This document shows positions 33,470 through 45,700 of a stretch of DNA of 64,000 nucleotides, in pieces. Numbering within the stretch: the stretch's first letter is position 1; each line of letters starts with the position of its first letter. The stretch comes from Eutreptiella sp. 'Long Island Sound 2002' (Eukaryota; Protista; Euglenida): the NCBI GenBank assembly GCA_964036045.1, contig OZ038378.1, positions 104,656,001 to 104,720,000 on the forward strand. The letters run 5' to 3'. Position numbers and translations under genes: made by a program. A model generated the notes under the pieces. That model had not been told where the DNA came from, made no database searches, and saw only the letters and a program-made list of their open reading frames with translations.

Positions 33470-36400
33470 ATGGCTGGTTTGTGTGGTTCGTGGTTGTTTT
33501 TGGATGCCGTGTGGTGCATTGTCCTGCTGTGTTCTTGGTTTCGTCGCTGGCAATCTCCCGTGAGCGTTGTCTCTGCCTGTTTTGTTGGTGTCGTGCGGTG
33601 TCCTGTGCGGTGATTTGTTGTGTGTGATGCCGTCGCGCGTTTTTGTGTAGTGTGTTGTGCTGTCTGCTGTCCTGGTGCGCGGTGTCGTCCAGTTGTCAAA
33701 CCGCTGCGCGGTCTTTCTGCCCTGCCCCCCGCTCCTGTCGCCTGGTCCCCTGTCGTGGCCTGTTGTTTGTGTTCTGTCCTGGGGGGGTGCTGTGTTGTTC
33801 TGTTGTGCCACCTGCCGTGTGGTGGGCTGCTGTTTGCGTCCTTTCTTCGTGGTGCTGCCCTGTACCTTCGTTCGCGCTGTCTGGTGCTGTGTGTTATTGC
33901 GTGTGGTTACTGGGTGTTCGTTGCCTGGTCTGGTTGCCCGCTGTTGTTTCCCTTCTGGCATGTCTTGTCGCAGGTGCTCCTGCCTGGCTGCGTGGCTTGC
34001 CGCCCTGCTGTGTGCAGTGGTTCCTTGTGGCGTCCCGCTCCCCTGTGCTGTGTCCACACAACGGCGCAGCAGGCCACGCGGCCAGACAGGGACACCGGCG
34101 ACAACACACTCCACCAGAGCACCACAGCAGGCAGCAGACACGAACGGAAACAGCCCAGACGAACCCGGAAAGACAGGGGAAAACGGGAGGCAACACCAGG
34201 CACGGATCAGCGACCAAATGACAGGGAGACACAGAACAAACCGACACAACGCAGGCGCGCGGGGACAGCACACCACAGCACCGCACAAGACGCGCCACCA
34301 AACACAACAAAGGGAGAAACAGTGCAACACACCGTAAGCAGCGCCAGGGTACACAACAGCGCCACACCCGAAGACGCCGCGCCAGAGCAAGACACAGGGC
34401 AGCGAACAACAGAAACACCACAATAACACGAACGACCCAACACAGCACAGGGAGGGACACCACAGCATGAGACACCACAACACGGAACCGCCCAGGACCA
34501 CCACAGACCGGCACCCCACAAGGCACAACTTCACGCGACAACACCAGACATCACAACAGCACAACAGGACGCAGCCGGGCAACGCAATGGATAGCAACGC
34601 AGCACATCACCGCACCTAACACCACAGCACACAGGGACAGCACAGTAAGCACCAACACAGGACAGCGAGCAACGAGACCACACAACGAACCACCGCACGA
34701 CACAAGTACGCCAGCACGGCACAGCACGGCAGCACACACACCACACGGCGGACAACACCACAAGCGGATGCAGCGCACGACAAGAAACAGGAACTAACAA
34801 GAGAAACGGGGCGGCCGGGAGTGAACACACCACAAACAGACACGGCGCCGGCCAGGGGGGGGGGCAGCACCACCACCACAAGGCGCACCACACCAAGGGA
34901 ATACCCACAACCAAAAGGAACAACACGGCACACAGCACCGCAGGGCAAGCAGGCAGAGCAGGAAACGGGCGCGGGGCGGTAGGCCCCCCCCCAAAAAAAA
35001 GCATGCGCCAACAACAAGAGAGGGAAACAACAAAAAGCCAAAAAAAAACAAAAAGAGAGAAAAACAAGAAACTGCAGTGGGGGCAGAAGGGGGGAGGATA
35101 AAACAGGGGCAAGAAGCCAGGGAGCCAGGAGGAAGAAGGAAAAAAGAAAAAGAGGAAACACAAGGGAAGGCAGGAGAAAAAAAACCAAAGACGGGGGGGG
35201 GCAACAGGAGGCCAAAGGCAAAAGACAGAGAGAGAGGAAATGACAATGGCCAAATGGAAACCCGAAACAAAAAACGAAACGAGGCAACATACAGAAACAA
35301 GGCAACCCAAGCCTGGAGGCTGCCGAGGAAACAAAGCAAGCACAGAGAACGGCCACAGAAAAGGTGAGGCGCACCAAAACGCGACCAGGAGGGCAGCCCG
35401 CCGGACCCGGCCAAGAAGAACGAGCACACGCACACACGCATGGGACCCAGGAGTGGCGTCCTCCGACCCGCAAGGGGAGGTGTCGGCGCCACACAAAAAA
35501 GCCCCGGTGCACCGGCCTAGTCCCCCGTCCAACAACAGACGGTATGGGAAACCGGGAGTCTGAGTGACCAGGTCCACACAGGCATACCACTGCAGCGCAG
35601 GTAGCAAAAGACCGACGGCGGAGGGACCCGCTATGGAAAACCCCGTCGCGGGGCCGCGAACGGGTAGGACCCGGAGCGAGTTCAGCGCCCCCGCCTCGGC
35701 GGAGTCCAGGGGCAGCCACAATGAGCTCGGTTGTCGGCCAAACTCCTCGCTCCGCGCAGCCGTCCAGTAAATCTGGGGGCGGAAGCACCTGGCTTGGAGA
35801 AGGCACAACGGTGTCAGGAAAGCCGACTGGAGCACCGGAAGCGACCGGACCGAGGCAAGGCTCTCCGCGCCAAGCCACGAGGCACGCCAGAGAGGCACGC
35901 CGCCGGCCACGACCAAGGCACACAGACATGTTTCAAGCAACAACGGCCCGCGGGTGCAGCATACCCGGGAAGCGCACAAAACACACAAAGAACCACCGCA
36001 CGGGAGCAGGTGCCAGGGAACACCCAACTTGCACACCACAAACCCCACCCAGGATTTGCGGCGTCCAGCTGGAGGGACCACAAAGAGAAACACACGCCAA
36101 CATCCCAGCCAGGAATGGCGGGGCGCGGCCGAAACCCGCACCCAGGCAATAACACCCACACTGCACACCCGAGCCAGGACTGGCGGGGTGCAGGCGGAGC
36201 GAGAAGACAAACACACACGCCCCAACACCGCAGCCAGAAGTGGCGGGTGAAAGCCAAAACCCGAACGTACACACACGCACCACAAACCCCAGCAGGGATT
36301 AGCGGGGTACAAGCGGAGCGCGCACACAAACACACACACCTGAACACCCCAGCCAGGAATGGCGGGGCGCAGCCAAAACCCGAACCCGAGCACAAATGCC

Positions 36401-39400
36401 CACACCGCACACCCGAGCCAGGAATGTAGGGCTACAGTCAGAGCACGCAGACACGGCCCAACACCCGAGCCAAGAATGGTGGCGTACAAGTGGAGCGAGC
36501 ACGAAACACACCCGTCCCAAAACCTGGGCCAGGAATGGCGGGGCACAGCAGAAACCGGCACCCAAGCACACACACCCACACCGCACACCCCAGCGAGGAC
36601 TGGCGAGGTGCAGGGGGAGAGCGCACACAAACACACACGCTTCAACAACCCAGCCAGCATGGGCGGGGTGAAAGCCAAAACGAGAACCCACACACACCCA
36701 CCACGAACCCCAGCCAGAAATGGCGGCGTACAAGCAGCGAACGCATACAGACACATACGGCCGAACATGCCAGCCCGGAATGGCGGGGCTCAGCCGAAAC
36801 ACGAACCCAAGCACACGCACCCACACCGCACACTGGAGCCAGGAATTGTGCGCTACAAGTGGAGCGTGCGCAGAACCACACACAACCCAACACGCCTGCC
36901 AGAAATGGCGGTGTACAGGCAGAGCGAGCACAAAAAAAACATGAACCCAACATCTCAGCCAGGAAAGGCGGGGCGCAGCCGACACCCGCACCCAAGCACA
37001 CACATTCACACCGCACACCCGAGCCCGGACTTGCAGGCTGCAGGCAGAGCACACACACAATCACACACGCCCGAGCACCCTAGCCAGAATTGGCGGGGTG
37101 CAAGCAGAAACCCGAACCCACACGCACGCACCACGAACCCTAGCCAGGATTGGCAGGGTACACGCAGAGCGCGCACACAAAAGCACACTGACCAACAACC
37201 GAGCCAGGAATGGCGGGACGCAGCCGGAACTTGAACTGTAGCACACACACCCACACCGCACACCCGAGCCCGGATTGGCACAGTGGAAGACAAAATCTGT
37301 ACACGGACACACGCACCACGAACCTCAGGCAGGCCTTGTCGCGTAGAGTTGGGGGGCCCACACAAACACACACACCCCAAAAACCCTCGCAAGGAATGGC
37401 CGGGCGCGGCCGAAAACCGAGCCCAAGCACACACACCCACACCGCACACCCCAAGCAGGACCGGCAGGGTACAAGAAGAAAGCGCACAGAAAGACCCACA
37501 GCTCAGCGAGGAATGGCGGGGTGAGGCCGAAACGCAAACCCACACCACACACCCCATCAACAAATCGCTGGGTGCAGCCGAAACCCGTGCTCAAACACAC
37601 GCACCACGGGCCCCAGGCAGGAATGGCGGGGTTATCGCGAAACCCAGACCCAAACACAAGCGCTACAAGACAGTAGGAAAACCAGTCGCCATATTCCGGG
37701 CACTGAGGCAGCCCGTGCTATGCAGGTGGACCGTCTAAACATGACCGGTAGACAGGGGGTAAGGCTGCATCCTAAGGCCTGCGCTACCTTCGGGCTCGAG
37801 GCGGAGCGTGCGACACCCAAGCACCTTGGAAGCAAAGTACCAAGGAGCACGCCACTGGTATGCCTTGGGAACGGGATACGCCAGGAGGTCCGGGGAACTC
37901 CTAGCGTTCCGCTCAAATAGGGGACGTGCACAGGCCCGAGGGCACACCCTCCTCGCCTGACAAGTGCGTCACGCCAGTGGCAATTAGCGGTCCCCGTGCT
38001 GTCCAGGGCCGCTTTGTTGGGGGCCACCAGTCAGGTCTGGCGGGATGTAAGTTGCCTCCCCTCTGTAACCACGGAGCCTCTTCCTGTTCCTCAAAGGGGC
38101 GACGCCAAGGTATGGGGCGCCCCTGCAGGACCAGGTGCACCTACCTACCTACCTCAGGCATCGTTGGTGAGCCACTACCTCTCTTTTGTCAAGATGCAGT
38201 ATGGCAGGAGGAGAGCTCAGTTAATTTGGCATTGCGGTGTGGGGATAATCTTCAATCAATGTCGGAGATTCTCACTTCAAGTGCACGCATGCTCTCACCG
38301 GTCATGGCTAGGCAGAATTCTTTCTCAACATGCAAGGTTCGGGGATTGGCGTTTGATAAGGCTTTCTGTCTTCGGCCATGAATCGGTTAAGTCCTCCTGC
38401 CTGGGCACGGATTGGTGGGGGTCTTTCTCTAAGGGCCTGGACTGGGGCGGGACCATCCCCCTCAAGGCCTGGATTGGGGCAGGGCCATCTCTCTTAGAGG
38501 CAGGACTATCACTCTTTGGGATTGGACAATCTCATCATCGATGTGCTGTCATTGGACTCAGGATATCCCTCCATTTGTACTCACTCTGCGGGCCAGGTCT
38601 AGGACGCTTCATGTGACCTGGGGCATGTTTTTACCCCATTTCTCTCTGAGTAGCATTGGATTGGTCAGGTGTCAGACGAACAAGCAGATATGCGATACTG
38701 ATTTCACATGTCCATGTGCGGATTGTTTCGAATGCACATGACCATTGTGATTGTCTATGCCTTTGGTTCTTTAAAACAGGGACCATGTGACGGGGCTGAG
38801 TGGCATGTCCTCGCATGTGAGGGCATGAGGCATATGTTGTGTGTTGGCTTTGTAATTCCTTTGTGCCTTTGGTTCGTGAAACACTGTAGTGATCGCAGCA
38901 AGTGGTATGTAGCACAAACTACATATGTGAGGTTTGGTCGGCTGGCCCTTCTTGCTGCTTCGTGCGCGAGCACCAAGTGAACCCGCCAAGTGTATTCAGT
39001 GCCTGACCATTGTGTATTATGTTGCTGAGGGATAGGCTCGCACTGTCCGGTGTGAAGTACCAAGGCCTTGCTAGCATGATGACATATGCAATGTGTCAAA
39101 AATGCCAGGTGTCTGGTATTGTCTTGAGGTCCCTCTCGCGACTCATATTTAATGATCCTCATTGCAAGCTCTTTACATGTGATCATCCGTGATTCATGAG
39201 TGGCAACAGGTCAAGTATTTGGTCATGTATTCATGGAGGACGTGCTGTCATGCTTGATCCACGGTGGGAACGTTTCTCATCTTTCTCAATTCCAGTTTGT
39301 GCCGTCTTGTAGGCAAGAGTGAGGATGAGCCATATGGGGCCACGCTTAAGTTCAATGTGATGATGTCATTCTGCTCTGTACTAGGTTTTCCTGCTTTGCC

Positions 39401-40262
39401 ATGTACCATAGGGAGTTCTTTGATGTGAATGATCCCATGAGTCAATATCATTTTCCGAATGTGTTGAGTCGAGGTTGTGCTCGCATGGCGTCAGGCTTCT
39501 GTAAGGGAACACATAGTTCACATGTGCATAGTACATAAAATCGATTCTTGGAATAGGAATGCAACATCGGCTTACATACTCGCATATCTTGTTTCGGGAC
39601 ATCACTTCCACTTCTGTTTCCTCCTCTCCTCTTGCCCAACATTGTCATTATTTGGTCCCTCTCCGTGATCATGTCTATGTATTGATGTGGGTACGCTCAA
39701 CGAAATTTGGCCATCAATTATTGGGATTTCATTTGTCGAGTTCATTCCATTTCATTGATCAAGTGTTCGGAATTTATTGGAAGGGTTGCCAAGGGGTGTG
39801 TTTGCGGGATTTTTTGTAATGTTGTGAAACATAGAAGCACTGATAAGGTCACGGATGATGGGAGTCACAGGCAAGAGGGTAGAGAAACCGGTTATAGGCG
39901 GTAGAACTCCCACAATGGCAGGTGCAGGTCCTATAGATCCTCTTCAAGACAAGCAGGTAGGGTAAGTGCTTCAGGATGTGTGTCAGTGCCGCACAATGTC
40001 TGAGAATATGCGGGAAATAACACACCACCCAAACCTGCAGGCTGTCCCACACCCTGTTCCAGACTTCCCGGTTGTGCAACGCGTGATGTGACTAGCCAAG
40101 ATTGAGGCACTCTGTCGGCTACCAGAGCTCAAGACCTTGCGAGAAGTATGGAGCAAGGCCATTGGCGCCCTAGAACCTCACCAAGAAGCCAGGAACGCGC
40201 AGCCAGAGCAGCAAAGCCCCGGGCTTTGAACAACAAGTTGTTAAGAAATGCCGGCCAACAGC
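33470..40262. repeat. Second copy of the ~9-kb duplication
   Basis: Collinear with 24450-31310. Confidence 0.92.
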
Positions 40263-40490
40263 TCCTGCAGATGTGCAAGTCAAAGAGGGTTGAAAACCTC
40301 CTGTTGCCACCTAAGTGCACCAACATCATGCACTCGCTCGACAAAGCCGTCTCTGGCAGTCCAAAAAGGGGTTCTCATGATAGAAAGATAATAGTCCACG
40401 TCAGCGCCCCAGTTCCAGAGTGAGGCATGCCGACTCAGTACATATGTCTTATGAGGCCTGGTGTATGGAGATGACAAGCAAAGTGTTCTC
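40080..40490 (+). pseudogene. Internally deleted pogo-like transposase fragment
   Basis: ALNNKLLRNAGQQ is fused directly to LLQMCKSKRVENLLLPPKCTNIMHSLDKAV; in the 18850-19830 copy these are ~770 bp apart. Confidence 0.8.
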
Positions 40491-41559
40491 AATGGTTTTC
40501 ATGCAACAAGCCGAGGGGTCTGCACGAGATGGCGACGAATAATGTGCGGGCAGCCATCGCCTCTGAAAGGTATCCGTCAGATGACAAAGTCAGACTGCAC
40601 GATATGCACGTGCATGATCAGGTATTAGTGATGAGCATTCTCAGGAAGCTTCAATGAAACAATGATACATGATATGTTGTGACGGTTGTGGAAAGGTAAG
40701 GCGAATCATTCGTCTTTCGTGCTTGGTCCGGCCCTTGGTTTGCTGGTGCCAAGCACCATAAAAAGAAAACCCCTTCTTACGTTCTTAGCCATTTTCAGGT
40801 CACTTTTCTATGTAGTAAGCTGAGCCGGGCGGTGACAAACAAATGCAGAGACACTCCTTTGCCTTGGGTCTAACCTAGCAGCGCAAGGACAAGGAGCGTG
40901 GATTGGGAACAAATAGAGAGACAGGGTCCAAATAGCATAAACTTGACATAATCATAACCTGGGCCTACTGGATCAGATTTTGACAAAACTAAGGGCATTT
41001 GTGGTCAATTTGGGGCTGCTGGAATCATTCCATACCTTCAAAAGGGAGCGTTGCGCTCTAAGAATTCTCAAATGGAAAAGCAGTTCTAAAACAAAATGAC
41101 GCCAGGTATTCAGTCAACAGCGTTATGAGATTTTTGGAATCATTCATAAATCTGGTCTTAGATTGAAGTTTCGTGTATAGTAGGTTGATTTTACTTTGGA
41201 CAGTCAAAATGAAAGATCCTAAATGCCGGCGACTGCAAAATGCAGCCGTGCAAAGCAAATGAATAATATGGCAAATAGATTTCTTCAGATTTGGGCCCTG
41301 TGGCTTATGTATAGTGTTGTTCGACAGCTCAACGTTGCTAGTGCACCTTTCCGTCACATCCCTGGCTTATGTTGAATCTTCTGGTAAAGAAGTCAAAACC
41401 TCGTAAAAGTCCTAACGTTGCAAAACAGCCATGATTCATCAAAACAAATATGCCTACATGAATCAGCTCCCCGAGGCAGTCATTTAGAGGGGCTGCATTG
41501 TACACCTTTTGGAACATGTTTTGTTTCGGCGCGCAGATCGTATATAATGGGATAACGAC

Positions 41560-42760
41560 TGCTTTTAGAGAGGGGCGGGGCCCCTCTCCCCGGCCCCTCA
41601 ATCAAAAGCCATCGGTGGGGAGGGACTTGAACAACCTGGGCAAAGTTGCAAGAGGCGGGGTAGCACAGCAATGATTCGGATGACACTGGCCAGGACAAAG
41701 AACACAAAGGCGGAAGAACATCCACTGCCAAGAAATGCACAAATTTGGCTTTCAAAACACCACCAGTTTCCGCAAACAGGATTTTTTTCCTTGACGTTCT
41801 GGCCTGAGATGGTCATTTGAAGGGGCTGTAACAAGGCCGAATCTTGCAAGCGTGAGCAACTACAATGTTCAGTCCCAACTGTCTGCAGACTGCCCGAAAA
41901 ACCGCTTCAAAGGCCGCTAAATCAGCAGAACGACCATTGTCCGGGAAATAAGGGTAAAATTGCATTAGATTTCGATCGGTAATATGGTGGTTGTTTGGAG
42001 GCCTCCCCATTTACCCCCGGGTATGCTTAAGGTACGGTATTGGCCTCGTTTTTGATCCAGCCTGAGGGGCCCCACACACCGACCCCCACCAGAACACAAC
42101 CTTCAATGGAGGGATTTGAACGGGCTAGGGAAAGTTGCACGAGCCGGGGTTGCACAGCAAGGGTTCATATGACGGCGAGGAGGACACAAAACATAAGGGT
42201 AAAAAGACCATCCAGAGGTGGAGAAGGCGAAAACCCTGAAAATACGGGATCAACGGTGCAAGCACCGGCCGGTAGGCTCCGTTTTTGTGGGCCAAGCCCC
42301 ACAAAAACGGAACCTAGCTGGTGCTGCCTCATGCCTCTTACCCATGGTTGCCCAAATAGCGCAAGAGCCTTGTGTGATGGGCAGTAAGTATACATGCCAG
42401 ATATGGCAGAAATATCGCAAAAAAATATGAAAAAGTGGACCAAAATTGGCCGTAAATTATTAAAATAGCACCAATTGTGGCAGATGCGACTGTTTTCTTG
42501 AGGTGTTCACCCCAGGCAGTCATTTTAAAGGGCTGCAATATAGCCCAACTTTGCAAGCAGAATCCAATACAAAATCAAGCCCCAAATGTCCGGGGACTGC
42601 CTGAATAACCGCGTAAACGGCCGCTAACTCACCCACACGACCACCGTCGGCGAGGAAAGGGAAACGTCCCGTTCTTAGATTTTGATTTTGATCATTTTAA
42701 GGGGCAGCATGGTACATTTTTGGAGGCCTCTCAATTTACCCCAGGGGGTGGCGTAATGTA
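41560..42760. repeat. Diverged repeat family with local duplicated segments (third copy ~49600-50050), containing a strong hairpin
   Basis: Shared gggaaagttgcacgag(c/g)cgggg / gggcaaagttgcaagaggcgggg at ~41640, 42130 and 49723; ggccgctaa at ~41912 and 42619. Confidence 0.7.
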
Positions 42761-42764
42761 CAGT

Positions 42765-45700
42765 ATGGGGTTTGATGTTTGAGGTTTGACCTTTGGGGTA
42801 CTAGGCGTTCTTCGGCCCCGGGGGGGCACCTGGTCGGGCATGGTCTTATCCTCCCCACCGGGACGTAGTGCGGGGCCCTCCATGACACACCTCCTGCCTG
42901 GTGGCGTAGTCCCCGGTGTTCACGGGGCACGGAGCCCTGTCCCTCCTGGCTTCCCCATATCACCACTCCCCGGTCAGTGCGTCACTTAGCAACCGTGGTT
43001 GCAGGCGCTTACCCACTACGCCAGCCCCCTGATGTGTGGTTGCCCGGGCTGCCGGCACTGCCGGGCCCGTGCTACTAGCTTGTCGCCATTGGGACCCCCA
43101 CGGGCTGGCGAGGAGGCTGCCTAGCCGCGGGTTTGTGCGTAGCACTGTGTGTTACTACTGCTTTGGCAGGTGCAGTGCCCTGGTCGTGTGTGCGCTGCGC
43201 TCGGGGTCAGTCTGGGGGGTCGGGGCCGGTGCCGGTTCTCGCTTCTCCCCTTGAGCTCCTCCCTGCCCTCGCGTCCCTCGCAGTGCGTGCTGCGGGTTGT
43301 CCTGCCCAGGTGTCCCTTCCCTTCGCCTGCCGGTACGCCATTCCATGTCGTCTGTGCGTTCAGGGGGCTCCGTCCGGTTGCCCTTTTGGTCCACAAGGCG
43401 TGGCAGTTGCATGTCTGTGCGCTTGTGCTCCCGCGGCTTACACCCCCCCCCCTTTCGGCGTCGGTGTGGCGCGCAAACAACACGCGTTTCTGGTGCAGGG
43501 CGCCGGTAGGGCTGTTCGAGGCCGTTCGTGCCCCTTCACCTTTCCTGCCCCGGTCCCTTGCTCAGCCTATTTTGCTTTTGGGGGGGGCGCCCAGTCACTT
43601 CGTCCTTTTGCCTGGCTTGGGGTTGCTCGCCCCCCTGCAAGCTGCCTGCTTTTGCGAGCTGGCTCTGCGCCCTGTGGGGGTGGCAGGAGGGCGCCGGAGG
43701 GGGGGCGCCTCTTGCTTGGGTGCGGGGCGTCCAGGGTTGGGCGCTCCCCCTCGCCCGACCGCCCGTCCTAGGGGCGCGTGGCCGGGGCTTGCTACCCACT
43801 GGCTGTGGTCGCACGGGCTGTGGTCTTGGGGACCTGTCCAGACCCCATAGCGCGCGCTCTTTTGTGCTGGATTGGCGCGCTGTCCGGGCGCTACGAGGGC
43901 GCCTCGGAAGGGCGTGCCTTGCCTGGGTGTGGCACCTCCTGTATTAGGCCCCCACCCATGCCCAACCACCCGTCCTCTGGGCGTGCGTGCGGGACCCGCT
44001 ACCCATTGGCCGCGGGTGCGGGGGCCGTGGGTGTGGGGACCCGTCACCAACCCCACATCGCGCGATCTTGTGAGCTGGCTTTGGGCGCTGTGGGGGTGGC
44101 ACGGGGTTGCTAATGGGGGGCCGCCGGTTACCTGGATGTGGGGCTTCCAGGGTTCGGCGCTCACCGACGCTCGAAGGCTCGTTCTTGGAGCGTGCGCCCG
44201 GGGCCTGCTACTCACTGGCTGTTCGTGCGGGGGCAGTGGGCAGAGAGACCCGTCACCAACCTCTCGGCACGCTCTCTTGCGAGCTGGCTGTGCGCGCTGT
44301 GGGGGTGGCTCGGGGGCGCCCGTGGGGGGGCCTCGGGTACATTGGTGTGGGGCGCCCGGGATTGGGCGCTCACCCACGCCCGACCGCTCGTTCTTCCGGC
44401 GTGCGGCCGGGGCCTGCTACTCACTGCCTGTGGGTGGAGGCGGTGTGAGCGTGGAGATGCGTCACCAGCCCCACAGCGCGCGCTCCTGTTTGCTGCCGAG
44501 GCGCGCCCTGGGGGCAGCACGAGGGCGCCCAAGAGAGCGTCTCCTGCCTGGGTGTGGGGCATTAGGGGTTGGGCGCTCACCCACGCCCGACTGCCCGTCC
44601 TTGGGGCGTGCGGCCGGGGTCCGCTACCCACTCGCTGCAGGTGCGGGGGGGGGTTCGGCTTGGGGACCCGTCACGAACCACACAGCGTGCGCTTTTGCGA
44701 GTTTGCTTAGCGCGCTGTGGGAGCGGCACAAGGGCGCGCCAGGGGGGGCATCTCTTGCCTGGGTGTGGGGCGTCCTGAGTTGGGCGCTCACCCACGCCCC
44801 ATCGCCCGTCCTTGGGGCGTGTGGCCGTGGCCCGCTACCCCTGGCCGCACTAGTGGGGGGTGTGGGCGTGGGGACCCATCACCAACCCAACGGCGCGTGC
44901 TCTTGCGAGCTGGCTTGGCGTGCTGTGGGGGCGGCACGAGGCACCTGGGGGGGGGGTCTCTTGCCTGGGTGAGGGGCGTCCTTGGTTGGGAGCTCACGCA
45001 AGCCTGACCGCCCGTCCTTGGGGCGTGCGGCCGGGGACGGCTATCCACTGGCTGCGGGTGCGGGGAGTGTGGGGGTGGGGACCCTCTCACCAACGCCACA
45101 GCGGGCGCTCTTGCGAGCTGTGTTTGCGCGCTGTGGGGGCGGCATGAGGGCACTCGGGGGGGGGCTTCTCTTGCCTGGGTGCGGGGCGTCCCAAGGTTGG
45201 GCGCTCACACGCGCCCGACGGCTCGTCCTTCCGACGTGCGGCCGGGGCCTGCTACCAACTGGCTGCTGGTGCGGGGGCCGTGGGCGTGGGAACCCGTCAC
45301 CAACCCCGCAGCGCGCGCAGTTGCGGGCTGGCTTTGCGCGCTGCAAGGGCAGCACGAGGGCGCCCTGGGGGGGGCTGTCTCTTGCCTCTGTATGGGGCGT
45401 CCGTGGTTGGGCGCTCTCCCATGCCCAACCTCCAGTAGTTGGGGAGTGCGGCCGGGGCCCGCTACCCACTCGCTGTGGGTGCGGTGTGCGGCCCTGGAGG
45501 CCTGTGCCGCGGTTCGTCTTGTTTTGTGCGCGCTTCCCGGATTGGCGGCAGCCGTTGGCCGTTGTTTTTTGGCACCTGTCCTTGTGCCGTGGCTGTTGCC
45601 GGCTGCGTGCCTCTCTGGCGTGCCTCGTGGCCCCGCGTTGGTGCGCCGCGCCTCGTCCGGTCTGGTCGCTCCCGGTACTTCAGTTGGCTTTCCAGGTGCC

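Noticed and set aside
40500-41560. Unassigned moderately AT-rich stretch as a host gene or exon
   Set aside because: Only short ORFs with stops in all frames and no recognisable motif; left unannotated.
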